A DNA stretch of 64,000 bases from Vicugna vicugna (taxonomy: Eukaryota), in contig MU058451.1 of the NCBI GenBank assembly GCA_013265495.1, positions 1,072,584-1,136,583 of the forward strand, given 5' to 3'. The translations under genes and the position numbers were made by a program. Shown here one piece after another: positions 23,666 to 37,349 of this stretch (the stretch's first letter is position 1; each line of letters opens with the position of its first letter). The notes beneath the pieces are model-generated. The model was not told the origin of the DNA. It worked only from the letters and a program-made list of their open reading frames with translations, and did no database searches.

Positions 23666-26600
23666 ATCAACAAGTCTCATGGAAAAAAGACATTTTCTTT
23701 TGACAATACTTTCATCCTGAGGCAGCTGGACTTCTTTCAAGATAACAAGATTCCTAGCTAAGGGAATCTTATTTTTGTGGTATAAGCTATCATGACATGT
23801 GCACGTGACCTCCTCCAAGTTTAAACACAAAGCAATTATGATGTATACTTGTCTCTCAGAAATTCCATAAGATATAGGCAATTTCTGGGTCTGCTCCTTT
23901 ACATGACGGTGGTTGTCATACGATGTGGACCATTTTACAGCACAGGCATTTTGATTATGGGAAATCACAGGGCTCACACACAGAGCAGGGTCACATGTAC
24001 CCTATTTAACATGTCCTGGCCAATACTGATGCCACAGTACTCATAATGCTGCAATACTTTTCATGTGTATTACAGTTCACCTTTTATTCTCCTCCGCTTT
24101 ACATTCACAGTCGAATGAGAGCCAGTACAAGGCAGTCAGCTGTACACTTCCAACTATACACTCTTAACTTTGGGAATTTATGAACCACACAGCAAGTACT
24201 GTTAACCAACCCAGCTACCTACTAGACTTCTGCAGATGGGCTACTGACTGTAGGATCTGCCACAAAGAGACAGAAGAAAGAATATCATGCTAGGTATTAA
24301 AACACAAATTCAAGAAACTGGTCCAGGATGGAGAGAGAATGATGAGCAAGTGCTCCGACAGCAGGCAGACGGGGACAACTGACCAGTGGTTCTGTGATTC
24401 TTAGCTGGAAAAATCTGTGGCCAGAGACAGTTCAGAGATTTGAAGAAAACAAAAGAACTATTTTTATTGTAAAATATGCATCTTTGAAGAGAACTCTGCT
24501 ATAATGATTACACACAACCCTACACAGTGCTGATTTAATTAGCATTTTAAATGACCATTTCCAAGACTATGCCCCCCAGTTGCCCACCTGCCAAACTAAA
24601 CTGGTTGTGCACGGTAGTGTTTGCCCCGCCATACCACTGAATGATATTACTCTAACTGCCACTGTGTCCACCCTCAAAACCTACAAGTTCTGAGACCGCT
24701 TAGTAAAAGATATCTTAACATTCAATTTAAGTTTTGCCCTTATGTAAAGCAAAATTTTTTTTAAAAAAATTAAGAACGTTATAGTTTTATAGAGCAAGTA
24801 ATTGGCTTTCTAGAGTATTTCTACAAATACTAATGGGGTCAACTATTTGTTTTCTCTGGGAGATGAGATAAACAATCTCATAAATTGATTCCAGAAGCCT
24901 CTATAACCTGGATTCCAACCTATGTGACAAAACTGTTTTCTATAAATATCTACCCACTAAATGCATAGTGGGTTTGCACCAGGTGTTCATTTCCAAGGAG
25001 AAGAATAAGTAGTTGTGCTTATTTCACTCATTTTATGCCAAGGTGACCTCTGTCACATAAGTTTACTGAAACTTGGGTGTCCAGTGTACATAAAATGAAT
25101 TTTCTTCAAAGCACAGAATGAAAACCCCATCTTCCTTTCTAACAAAGGAGAAGGCATTCACGAGCAAAATAAGTCAGAATGGTGGTAGAAATAGACTTCC
25201 AGAATTGGATCTAATCAGGAGCCCACAGTCAGACATTCACTGTTCTAAGGAAAGACTTGTGGGGACACAGATTCAGAAAACAGAATAACAACAAGAAAGC
25301 ACAATCAGAAATTAAGTACCATTTGCCAAGAACAGAACACATGACCAAAGAGAGGCAACAGAGAGTTGTAGATCATAGTATTGGGATGTTATTCAACTAA
25401 GATGAAGATGTAAGGACAGGAGGTCCTGCTGCTGATATTGGGTGAGAACAAATCGGTACCCAGGCAATCAGAAAGCTAACTTGGTGCCGAGGAAATGAGC
25501 ATCCTTATGTGCTTCTTGCTCACAGCACTAATTCTACACAGAGAAGTTGGAAATATAGGAGACGGAATTATACATCTAAACTTATACCCTTAGAAAGGAC
25601 TCTGCCCTTAACCACTGAAGTTGGATTTGAACTGTCTGCCCATTAACTAGATTTTGCATCGTGTGAGGCAGTGATAGTAAAACTATCTTTAGAAAAATAT
25701 TCCTCAAGATGGCCATTACCAATCTATTAGTGGAGAATATGTAGTTTTAAGTGCAATTTTAAAATGTAATTTTTTCCCAAGAACTAGAGATGTTAATTCA
25801 AACCATGTGTGAATTTGGAGAGAAATGAAACTCAGATCAGATCCTGTCAAAAAAAAGTCTCTGAATTTCCACAAGATAATTAGCCCACTGCTTTAACATT
25901 ACCACTAGTAGAATACCTTTTGTTTGGTTTTCATTTAGTTTAGGGTTTAGTGTAGGTTTATGTTTTGAGAGATTTTGAATGTGCTTCCAGAATCTGGCTG
26001 AGTTCAGCAGCTGAAAACCCACCTTCATCATCTACTTCTATTTTCTTTCTTTATTTCCATTCCATATTACCTCTTTTCCTGCTCATTACCATCCTGCATG
26101 ATTTGTTCTGGGAAAAGAGGCTGGGTTGTAAACCTCATAGAGTGATTGAATTGAAGAGATACTGAAATTGGTAACTGAAATGGAGACTTTGTACTAACAG
26201 AAAATCAAAGACTGACTAATAAAACGCTTTTTAAGAAAAACTATCAGGTAAGCAAAATGCAGAATTAGACCTAATGTTAAAATATGCTGAAGACAAAATA
26301 ATACTTTTGTCTGGCGGGACATCTAATGACAGTAAGAATGTTAAGCGTTAGGAAATTATTTTTTCAAGTAATGACATTAATATTAATTTAGGCTCTTATT
26401 TTCTAGATGTATATTTTGCTTTAAGATTTTTCTCATTATCACAAATCATTCTAAACTTTTCAGAAAACAAGAAGCATGTGAGTGCTACAGGGCTTCACTT
26501 TGCATCATAACCTCCTTTCTAGCCCTCTTGTATTCATTTGCTCTCGAACTACACACTAGGAGAGTTAGTTGAATGAAACAGGTAACCAGTCTCAGACATA

Positions 26601-26827
26601 AGGCCTTGGTAAATGCATTTTTTTTTTAGAAAACCCTTTTCTTTTTTTCTGAAAAATCCTCAGGATTATATGAAACATTTAAATCACTATTTTGCAATAT
26701 TATTTATTAAACATCCATATGCCCTCAAATTCACATGATTAAAAAACGCAGCCCCTACCTCGAGAAAATCCCATACTGAAGGACGTGATCAAATTGAGCT
26801 GTCTTTTCTATGATGATGCAAATGTAG

Positions 26828-26929
26828 TTTGTTTGTTTGCTTTTTTTTTTAAGTGCAGGTACTGGGGATTGAACCCAGGACCTTGTGCGTGCTGAGCACA
26901 GACCATACCACTGAGCTATACCCTCCCCC
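26828..26929 (-). mobile_element. tRNA-derived SINE, camelid Vic-1 type
   Basis: The minus strand reads GGGGGAGGGTATAGCTCAGTGGT...CAAGGTCCTGGGTTCAATCCCCAGTACC plus an A-rich tail. A box TAGCTCAGTGG, B box GGTTCAATCC, decayed TSD CAAATGTAG/CAAGTGCAG. Confidence 0.88.
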
Positions 26930-28059
26930 ATCAAGTGCAGATAAGAATACAGGTGGCCAGTAATTCTTCACACTCAGCATAAATGTTAAAAAACCATCTT
27001 CTGAATTATGCTGACAGCTACTCTTTTCAGGACTGGTGGTTATTTCTGACTACACTGCTGCATTTTCCATCTGTGTGATGCTTGCTCAGAGTGGTTGCTG
27101 TTAGCATGCCTCATTGCCCCAGACTTTCAGAAGGTGAAACAATACTAAAATATTTCACATTATAGGCTGGTGGGTCTTTATAAAATGTTCCTGTCCATGA
27201 CATCTGCAGCTTAAAATACACTGAAACCTCTTCTTAGGTAGCAGGCACTGTGCATCTATTTTACGTCTAGCAGAAGTCCAAGGATGCCAACTAGCACGAA
27301 TACTGCTCTGCCGTTGGTCACATTGGTGTGCTTGGAACCTCATGACTGGTCATATGTTACCATCATTAATAGACACAGAGAGGCAGAGTGAAGGGCCTGA
27401 ATTTTGTGCTTCCTCCACCACAAAAGGCAGTAGACCTATTTGTCTTCTGTCACTCACTCACCACTAGGCCCTCCATTTCTCTGAGGTCTTCAGCTTCCCC
27501 ATCTTTCAATCCCTATAAAGATATCTTGCCTTAAACAATCGCAAAATGGCTAGCGGTCGTCATCCCCAGTCCATTCTTTAAAAAGTCTGAAATATGAGCT
27601 ACTGAAAAGTCTCCAAAAAGCCAGAAGATCCTCTTTGAAGGCCTCCTCTGTGTGTGCTCCATGAATCTTGTGACATTTCACCTTTTCACGAGAGCCATCT
27701 CACAGTGACTGATGTTACCACATCACAGAACAACTATCCGTAGCTGACTGCACTTCCAGACAATTCAGATCACTCTGATTTGTGGAGTTCACATCTATGG
27801 GAAAAGTTCCATCTAATTGCACTGAATTCAATTGTAGTAATTCATAGCTATTCAATGCTAATATATACACAAGGAACAACAAAGACTCCCACAGAGGTCC
27901 TCACCAGGGCAGAGATCGCAATTTGTGGCTACTGGATTCACTATAAAGTTTTAACTGTAAATGTATAAATTAAAATGGAATCACATTTCACTAGTGCTTT
28001 TTTTAACTTCCTTAAAATGATTTCACAACTAAGCAAAAATCATGAAATAAAATACGCAA

Positions 28060-28680
28060 AAGAATAAATACCAACAGCTAATAAACAGGGAAAAATGTTC
28101 ATCTACTTTAATCATCAGAGAAATGCACATTATAATACTGTTATCACCCATTAAACTGGAAAGGATTTAAACCATACTTTCAATGTTATGAGAGTACAGT
28201 GAAATTATAGATTTTTTTTCACTGATGATGGGAATAAAAATTGATAAATTGTTCTGGAAAATGATTTGGCACTGAGTTATAATAACTCTCAAAGGGCACA
28301 TGATTTTAGATCTAAAAATCACACACCTGGAATAATTCCTAATGTACACGTGTTCATCACAGCAATTAGTTTAATAGCACCACAATAAAACAACCAAAAT
28401 ATCCACAATAGAGAAATATTTTTTAAATTTTGTGTGAATGGATTAAAGATCATGTTGTCAATTAAAAGTATGCCTTCAGAGAGTATTTAATTACATGGGA
28501 AAATGTTTTAATGTAATGAATAAAAACAGAATATAAAACTATATATGATACAAGGCAAATCTATACATTATATATGCACACATACACATCAGAAAGAAAC
28601 AAATTAAACAGCAACCTGGTTATGGGTTTATGAGGAATATTTTTTGTGTATTTTTCCAAATTTGCTTTTTATTTTCTACT
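28060..28680 (+). mobile_element. highly degraded old L1 (L1ME-like) 3' region
   Basis: AAAATGTTCATCTACTTTAATCATCAGAGAAATGCACATTA, TGTTCATCACAGCA and AACAACCAAAATATCCACAATAG. Confidence 0.7.
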
Positions 28681-29162
28681 TTGTTAATCAAGGTTCTTCT
28701 TTACAACTATTTGCTTATATCTTTACCTTTTACCAGAGAAAACAGCATTGATGTGGTTCCTCATCTGGAAAACTATCACTTGGTAGAATGGACACATCTT
28801 TACTAACTACCTTTTCGGATTTACAAAGTTTTTAGTTTTCCAAAAGCAAGTCATAAGAGATGTTTCACCAACAATTCACATATACACCGAGGGCACTTTA
28901 TCTTAAGTCATGAATTTGAGTTTGACTCTCTTACTTCTTAATTAGAGGCTCCCATTCTGCTAAAGCTAAAACCAATCTTTGGAAACTGTAAACTCTGAAA
29001 GTCAAAGTGTACACATATTGCAGTTTGCAGAGTAGGGAATGAATGCCTTGTTCTAGCTGGATATAAAGATATTTTGCTTTAAAAAAGGCAAGAGAGACTA
29101 GAAGATATAAACAAAAAGATGTTTTAAGCATAGAAAATAGAGGGAAGATTTAAAAACATTAA

Positions 29163-29335
29163 TCAGTGGTATTCAACCCTGGTTACATATCTGAGTCACC
29201 TGGGTACTTTAAAAAGCTGCTGATGTTCACGTCAAAATAATAAAATTTTGACTTATTTGGGTTAAGGTGGGCCATGGACTTTGGAGTCTTTCTTTTAAAG
29301 TTCCTAAGAATATCAATGTTAAAATCACAGTGGTA
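29163..29335 (+). mobile_element. MER5-family MITE
   Basis: CAGTGGTATTCAACCCTGGTTACATATCTGAGTCACCTGGG..CTTTAAAAA. Confidence 0.65.
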
Positions 29336-29589
29336 CTTCCTGACACTTTCAGTATTTATTATCTGGACAAAAATTCACTAATTATTTGTCTTTTCACCTA
29401 AACCTTTACTGTAATCCTAAGGACTTCTTAGACTCCATTACCTCACCCAGCCAGAGTTTGCTTTTTATGTCATTAGCCATATTCTATCAACCATCAAGAG
29501 CTGTTGGATACACTACTAGAGAAGGATATTAGGCACTACATTGCAGTAAATATAGCTACACATAAGCTCCTTTAAGTCAGCTCAAAATG

Positions 29590-29850
29590 CAGTCAGTTCT
29601 TGGTGATGGACTGGATATGGATGAGGAAGAAGAAAGTGGTAGTAAGGAGGACTCTAAGGTTGAGAGCCTGAGCAACTAGGTAATAAGTGGAATCACACCT
29701 GAAGATAAAGAAGACTGGGGGAATGACAGGCTTGGAGGAAAAGCTCCTGAGTCCAATTTTGCACATATTGAGTCTGAAGAGCTATTATGACATCAAAATG
29801 AAGACGTTAAATGAAGCAACCACATAATGTATATGGAGCACAGAGGCAAA
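29590..29850 (-). mobile_element. L2 fragment
   Basis: CTTGGTGATGGACTGGATATGG...GAGGACTCTAAGGTT...CCTGAGCAACTAGG...TGAGTCCAATTTTGCACATATTGAGT. Confidence 0.7.
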
Positions 29851-29910
29851 AAGAAAACCGATAGATGGGATTATCGAAGAATGGGATTTTGTTAGATGAG
29901 TGAACAAACC

Positions 29911-29930
29911 ACACACACACACACACACAC
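29911..29930. repeat. (AC)10 microsatellite
   Basis: Read directly. Confidence 0.95.
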
Positions 29931-31139
29931 CAGGGGCAAGAGGATTTTACAATGTTAGCAAGAGTGTTATTGAAATAATGACTTATGGTCTTGAAATTAG
30001 ATAAAGAGGGATAGGAAGATGGGAAGGGGCTGATGTGTAGAAAGACACTGGAATCAACAGATCAGCTCATAAACTTCCAAAAAGTATTTGAGGCAAATTA
30101 CTAAATGCAATCAGGTAAAACAAAAACAAAACAGAGAGAGACAGAGAGACATTATTAGCACTGCAACATCATTTTATGTCTGCATACCTCAGATGTGATA
30201 CCACTTTCTTCTTGACACTATTACATTGGTTTCTCTCATGCCTGTCATGGTTGTGGGGATCGCTGTACAGCCATGGAGAGTGTTGGCACTCTCCTCTTTC
30301 TATTTCTATATATGCTTTCCAGATGTGTTCACTTAGCATCTACATATTGTTATGTCAGTCAAATGTTCACTTACTATTGCTTATTTGAAAACTAGGCTGG
30401 TTTCTAACCCTAGTTCTGTCATCGGCTATTGATGGTGATCCTATCATCTGTAAAACTGCTAAACTGATATCTCAGTGGTATCCACCAGCTTTAAGATTCC
30501 AAAACAATGACTTATATGATGAGCTTGTCTAATACTCTTATATTCACAGAGATTTGGCAGGGGGGAGTGCAGGGTGGCTAGTTTTAAAACCTCTTCCTAC
30601 CCTAGGCTTACTAAGACCTCTTCCTACTTACTAGGCTTACATTTCTCTGACATAATTTGGGCCTTCTCCCAATGTTTTCCCATGCTCATTATGGCATGCC
30701 CTTTGGCTTCATACCTCAATTCCCATTAACTGAAATCTACTGGAGAAATCTCAAAAATCTTGTAGACTTAGAGTACACGACTAAACCCTTACTCGCATTT
30801 CTCAGCTCCTTAACTGTAATTTTTGCTTTCAATTTCTGCAAAACCCCCACCTAACTCAATTATTTATTCTGTTTCCTATCTATACTGGTTCAAAATATTT
30901 TCAACTATCTTATTTTTAAGTTTTGCCATAGTGGGCTTTTCCAGCTCCCCAAATTGGCCACATTGATCTTCATTCTCTTCAACAACATAGAACTCTAGGA
31001 ATGTGCCTTGATTCTCATCTCCATATTAACCTAGATCTATACAGGCTTATTATTTATATTTCTATTTTTGTTATTTTTGTTTCAAATGAGTTCTCTTTAA
31101 CATTGTTTACTGATTTTTCAAATATGATTATTCTCTTTT

Positions 31140-31292
31140 ATAATATATATATTTTATTGAAGTATAGTCAGTTTACAATGTCATGTCAATTTCTGGTATA
31201 TAGCACAATGCTTTAGTCATACATGAATATACATATATTTGTTTCCATATTCTTTTTCACTTTAAGTTACTACAAGATATTAAATATGTAAA
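31140..31292 (-). mobile_element. 5'-truncated lineage-specific L1 3' end
   Basis: TTTTATTGAAGTATAGTCAGTTTACAATG..TCAATTTCTGGT..TAGTCATACAT..TACAAGATATT is homologous to the copies at 39.1, 47.0 and 63.2 kb. TSD TATTCTCTTTT at 31129-31139 and 31293-31303. Confidence 0.88.
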
Positions 31293-31879
31293 TATTCTCT
31301 TTTTTGAAAGTTTTTCTTTCTCCTTTTTACTAGTGTCTTCATATTCATGTTAACTACTGTACTGTTCATTGTATCCTGAGAGTACAGATTAGTTACAGGG
31401 TTTAATTTAACACTGCTCTTAATATTGTTTTATATTCCTGGTCAAAACCCTTTTCATTTGTCCAATTAACTTCAGTTTTTTTCCCTGATTATGCAAAACT
31501 AACCTTCAATTTGTATATCCAATATCTGGTTTTTGGTAAATACATTGTCCTACAATTAAGCCTGTTTTCCAATTTTGCAAGTGTATTCTAGATCATCAGC
31601 ATATGAAATTAGAGAAGTAGCTCTCCTAAGATTTTCAAAATAGATTTAAATCATTTCCTTCACATGCTAATTTCTATCACTGACCTCATCCACTCATCAG
31701 CTCACACTAAGTAAAGTTCATTAAACTATTCATTCCAAAAGTATTTGAGCATTTTGTCCATACTCAGCATCTGTGATACCAAGGAAACAAGATGTTGTCC
31801 ACATTCTCCAGGCACTCAGTCTAGAATGAAGAGACATGTGGGAACAAATAATTATAACTGGGGTAAAGCTCAAACCACC

Positions 31880-32037
31880 AAATGTGGGTCTCAACCCCAG
31901 CATCCTGAGGAGCTTTGGAAGAAATAGGCTGCTCTCCATGACCTTTCTTAGATCAGGTAAGTCAAAACTTTAAGGATTTGACCTGAGCGTCAGCAGTTTT
32001 CTCAGGTGATTCAAATGTGCAGCTTGGGTTGTGCACC
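31880..32037. mobile_element. MER5-family MITE, degraded
   Basis: GGTCTCAACCCCAGC..CCTGAGGAGCTTT...CAGGTGATTCAAATGTGCAGC. Confidence 0.55.
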
Positions 32038-32344
32038 CTTTTAGTAGGAAAACAGAGTAGAAAGCATTTGTCTCTGCCGGGAAGCTGGTTCAGTAGACTT
32101 GGAAGAGATTCAGATAGCATTACTTCAAAAAACACCCCAGGCCATCTGATGATCCTGTGAGTTTGGGAAACACTAATTTAAATTAAACAATCTCTAGGGA
32201 ATGGGAAAGTAGCTCTAGGGCCATTAAAGTCTTGGGCTAGAAATTAACTTGGAATTTGGGATTTTGTGTTAATCATATGGTCTGATGAAATCTAGAGCCT
32301 AGTTAAGGAAAAGGAGAACATGCAAATAAAAGAATGGTTGTAAA

Positions 32345-32873
32345 ACTTACTCATCTTATAACTAAACGTTTGTACCCTTTCATCAGCTTCTCCCCATTTT
32401 CCTCACTCCCTAGCCCCTGGCAGCCACCAAATTACTCTCTGTGAGTTAGACCTGTTTTGTTATGGTTTGTTTTTTAGATTCCACATACAAGTGATATCAT
32501 GCACTATTTGTCTTTCCATCTGTCTTATTTCACTTAATATAATGCCCTCTAGGTTCCACTATGTTGTCACAGATGACAAGATTTCTTTCTCTCATTAGGG
32601 TGAAATGTGTGTGTATATATATTTATATAACATTTTATAACATTATATAACATTTATATAATATATAACATTTTCTTTATCCATTTATCCATCAATAGAC
32701 ACTTAGGTTGTTTCCATGTCTTAGCTACTGTGAATATCGCTGCAACGTGCAGGCATCTCTTCAAGACAGTGATTTCCTTCCCTTTGGATATATACCCAGA
32801 AGTGGAATTGCTGGACCATATGGTAGTTCTATTTTTAATTTTTTGAGGACCCTCCCTAATGGCTGTACCAGTT
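32345..32873 (-). mobile_element. L1MA-type fragment (ORF2 C-terminus and 3' UTR)
   Basis: The minus-strand translation LVQPLGRVLKKLKIELPYGPAIPLLGIYPK is the L1 ORF2 C-terminal motif. The 3' UTR contains TTAGATTCCACATACAAGTGATATCAT. Confidence 0.92.
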
Positions 32874-35800
32874 TGTCCGCCGCTCTCAGCAGCAAAATCT
32901 CAGGAATTTGCCTTTCTTTTCTAAACGTTGGCAATTCATTCTTTACCAAGAAGAAGTTACATTGCTCCCTCACTTGTTGAAAGTGAAAGAAAAACAATTT
33001 TACATCAGGAAGAGATTTAAATCAGAAAACAGCACAAGAATGCGCGGAAGCAGTTGCAGAACGAGTGGGTGCAGAGCTGCGGCCCCCTCACTGCGAACTT
33101 TTGCAGCCAGTCCTCAAGTTCCAAGAACCACAGCCTCAACACCAAAGTCCCGCTGCTGAAGTGTGGGAGGCGGGACTGTCCTTTGTGAATGTTTCATACG
33201 AACTCACTCTTGTAAATCAGATCACTTATTCCAAAGAACATGCCAACGACCTGTCTACTTTCCGGTTAAGATTTTGATTGTGCGTGACCCTGCGCTGTGA
33301 TTGCACTGCTGGCACTTCTTTATTACGTTAAGCTTCATTGATGCCATTTGACACATTGTGTTAAGATGCTCGTAAATTCTTAAGAGGCGAGAAAATAAAA
33401 TCTTATTCCCTATTAATTCAGTTGCCTTAGAGAAAGTAGGAATTCTGTATTTTAGGCTCCACAACTCACATCAGTATTTGCAAAGTAGTGTTCATCTACC
33501 TAAGATACTCCCCCGAATCTCCTGGAGATTCCAGATACTAGTTTTAAAGTTAGAAAATATTTGTGAAAAGTATTCTGAATTCAGAAAAGGCAAGGGAAAA
33601 TTACTTGCAAATTTAAATATGTTTATATCTTATTTATTTATCCACTTATTCAAATATTTGTTGATCATCTATTATTTCTAAAGTGATGGAAGGACACAAA
33701 TTCTACAAAACAAAAGGTCACATTCATACTCATGGAAGGAAAAAAAAAGATTTACATATGATATAATAGTCTAACAAAACAGCCTGATCTAGATGGATAG
33801 CTACCGTCTTGCTCTGAAAAGATATGCCTTTTTGCAGTGAAATAATTTTATTTTATTAAAAGGCTAATCAAATGATTTTAGACTGGGGCTGCCAATATTT
33901 CTAAAATGATGTGGATATTAGCCCTGAAAAGCTATGGTGGCCTCAGGATGACCATGAAAATATCCAAGCAACTTCTTGCCAACATATTTATGTCTGACAC
34001 ATATGGGAGGAAAAGGTTTTCTGCATGTACAGGTGAGTACAAATCATATCAAAAGCAACGCCTGTTTAGTGGAACTCTGTTGGAACACTGGCATTATAAG
34101 AAGAGGATTGTACTTAATCATAGTTACACTTTGCCTTGCGTGATGTAATTTGCATTACCATGTATCCATATAGTAACTTGACTCCATTACATTCAAACCC
34201 AAAGCCTTCAAAAGGAGAATGATAATGTCATGCAGTGATTGCAAATTATCAACAAGAATACATATCATTCTATGTAAGCAGCTGTAGAGACATAACTTTT
34301 AATCAATATTAAGGAGAGTTGCACACACTAAAAATTGATGACCACAGACTTGCATTTCTTGATGAAATGTTTCCCAGTGGAACACCTTAAAAATAGTTTT
34401 CTGAATGAAACATGTTATTGTTTTCTCATTAAAAGGGGAGGAAAGGAATCGAACAAGGAGAATACATTTACATATATTTACAAGCAGAACCTCTGGGAAA
34501 AAAGAGAACCTCTGCAAGTTAAGATATAGGAAACAGAGTCTCTCATGGCTCTTCAGAAGTCTTTCTTCTACCCTTCTTACCACTGGGGTTTGGATAAAAG
34601 CCATTCAGACCTATAGGTTTATAAATGGCTTTTTGCTTAAACTTTACTGTTTACTAACAATAAGATTCCTATATGTACTTTAGAACATTTATTTACATTG
34701 TCAGATGACACAGCAGTTGGGAATAAATCAGTACATAGCCATATTCTAAAGCATTTCAGTCTTTTTAGGTTAATAAAGTTGTAAGTGTATTTCATTCTGG
34801 TATACTGGAACCCAGTTCTCCTCTCAAAAGTGATAATCAGCTAAATACGAGAAGTAGAATTACATTTGCATTAAAAAATCATGATTTTAAAAATAAGCAT
34901 AATTTAAAATACACATTTTAAACATTCAATTTTTAAACATGCACAAAATTAATGTACTTTCCAGAGTCTAATATTTTTAAATATCCCTTGTGTTTAAAGC
35001 AGTGTCTAATGAATTAGACATTAGAACCATCTTAGCTGTTTGCCAACTAGTGTATTAATGCAGAGTATTAAATGTTTTATAAGTCGATATCCTTCCTTTG
35101 TGACATATTTCCTTCTGAGAAAGAACAGTTAAAAAAAAATTACCAGTGCCTAGGAAAAGGAAGTGAATTTACCTATATTCTTGTATGTTTTTATTGTTTG
35201 TATGCTTAGTTTACCAGGTTAAACAAGTTATAAGCTATTTCCTACTTCCCAGGAAATTTGGCACCTTCGCAATCACAAATAGTCTTTTGTGTCTCTGGGG
35301 ATCCATTTAAAATTCAGTATTTTGTAATTAATTTTTGCAGTTTCTTAAATGGTTCTAAGTGCCTGAGGGCCTCTTCCCATTAGAGTCATTGACTAGGGAA
35401 GAAAGCATATCAAAATACATAACATCTCAAGTGGTCATTGGTTCGTATGACTACTGGCAGAAATGATACATTATTACTCATGGGGATGCATGCGCAGTTG
35501 TCTGCAATATTCATAGCCTGATAATAATGATGTTCATACATTAGAATACCTAGAGTATGAATTCCACTATTTTTTTCTGTAATACCTCATTGCATTCAGT
35601 TCAGTCTTGAACAACATGAATTGTTAGTTGTTTTACTGTCTCAGTAGACTGACACCATATTGAATTGAACTTGAGTAGGAAAGCTGTCTGTAGCCCTGAC
35701 TTTGAAGCTTTAGTTGCTCAAAGGCAAAGTCTAGATGGCGTAACTGGTCCAAGGGCTGTCCGCAACTGAATTAGACTGCAACTTTGGCCTCTGTTTCTAG

Positions 35801-36247
35801 TACTAAGGCCAAACTACATCCCATTTTCAGAGTAACAGAGAATTTTCTCATAAGCTATTTTAATATAGTTGGATTCATGGGATTTACCACTGGGAAGGAA
35901 TCTTAGAGATACAAATAGCTGGCCCCAGTTTATCCCAATAGGCAACAGAACATGCCCATTAATAGCAGAACTGTTGTTAAAACTCTGGTTTCCTATCCAG
36001 TAGGATTTCACCGCTCTCTCGTCTGGTATGGTTTATCCTGAATCTTTTGACTTCAAGTTTCCACGTACACCAGCTTAGCAATTCCAGGTCTGTGGAAATC
36101 ATGATGTAATTTTTCGTAAATAAGCTGAGGGGTCTGAGGATTGGGGAAAATGGTAGAGTATAATCAAAATGTACATGCATCTAAAGAGAATTTCAATCAG
36201 GTAACTGATTGGAACTTGTCAGAATGTTCCAAAAACATCACAAACAT

Positions 36248-36345
36248 ACATCATGAATGTGCATCATGTCACTGAATTATATGCTTTAAAGTGGTTAAAA
36301 TGGGAAATTTTATGTTATGTATATTTGACAGTAATAAAAAAATTT
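36248..36345 (+). mobile_element. L1MB-like 3' terminus
   Basis: GTCACTGAATTATATGCTTTAAAGTGGTTAAAATGGGAAATTTTATGTTATGTATATTT...AATAAAAAAA. Confidence 0.8.
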
Positions 36346-36994
36346 AATGCCCACAAAATTTCTTAATGCTGTGCTGTTGTTAGTGCTACTTTTGCCTGAA
36401 ATATGTTCCGTCCAGCTGTCCAATGTATTCAATGTCCACGTTGAGTTCTATGTTCCCATGACACTTTCCCCAACGACCCCAGTCTCTGGTATAATATGCT
36501 TCTTTGAGCTCCTACAATATTTATGTCCATAAGCTTAATATTTATCAAACAGTTCTATTTCTTTTTATGAACTTTATCACTGTGAATAATTATAAGCGCT
36601 CTGAGAGGAGGCAATATGTGTTATATTTCTTTGACTATCCACACATTCTTCAATTGTCTGTCCCATAGTCAGTAGGAGCAAAATAAATGATTATTGAAGT
36701 CAACATGCCATCTAGCAATAAGGTGTAGCTAATTCTTCTGTGAGAATTATTATCTTTGAAACTTAGTACCTGATTGGGTCAAATGTTCATTCATTTATTC
36801 TTTTATTCATCCAGGCACTGAATGTGTTTATCAGGAGCTCTGCTAGGTGTTAAATATAGACAGAAGTAAAACAATCTGTTCTCCACTGGCTTCAATCTCA
36901 GGAGGAGAGAAAGGCTGTACACAAACAGCTAGATTTCAATGGCAAATGTCAGGTGTGTGTGTGTGTTTTTTTTTCCATGGAGAAATGGCAATGA

Positions 36995-37232
36995 CACCTT
37001 AAAACTGTGGGTTCTGGAATCCAAGATGGATATAGATATTCTCACTACTTAGATGACTGTGATTTGGAGATACACCACTTTTCTAATACTTCAGCTTCCT
37101 AAACCTCTGTAAGATGGGCATGAGAGTAGTACCCATCTCACAGGGTCGTCCTGAGGGTCAAATGAAATAATCCATGTGTCATGCTTAACACTATGCTTAG
37201 CACGTTGTAAACACCCAATAAACATTAACTTT
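36995..37232 (+). mobile_element. MIR
   Basis: CTTCAGCTTCCT..TCTGTAAGATGGG..GTAGTACCCATCTCACAGGGT..TGAGGGTCAAATGAAATAATCCATGT..CAATAAACATTAACT. Confidence 0.8.
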
Positions 37233-37349
37233 TTTTTGCCCTTGAATGTGACCTTGAATCAAAACCATGCCTTTTTTTCCCCTTGAGATCTAGAATCAGG
37301 CGTGTGTGTGCACACGTGCATGTGCAAATATGTATAACAGTCAGTTGTT

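Noticed and set aside
26850..26929. tRNA gene
   Set aside because: The A-rich tail, TSD and disrupted stems indicate a SINE copy.
36055..36130. Minus-strand peptide LIYEKLHHDFHRPGIAK, faintly like an integrase zinc-binding region
   Set aside because: Followed by a stop within a few codons, with no CxxC or catalytic core.
36500..36960. Tail-to-tail L2 remnants as a possible miR-28/151-like hairpin
   Set aside because: The arms are too diverged and far apart for me to see a stable stem.
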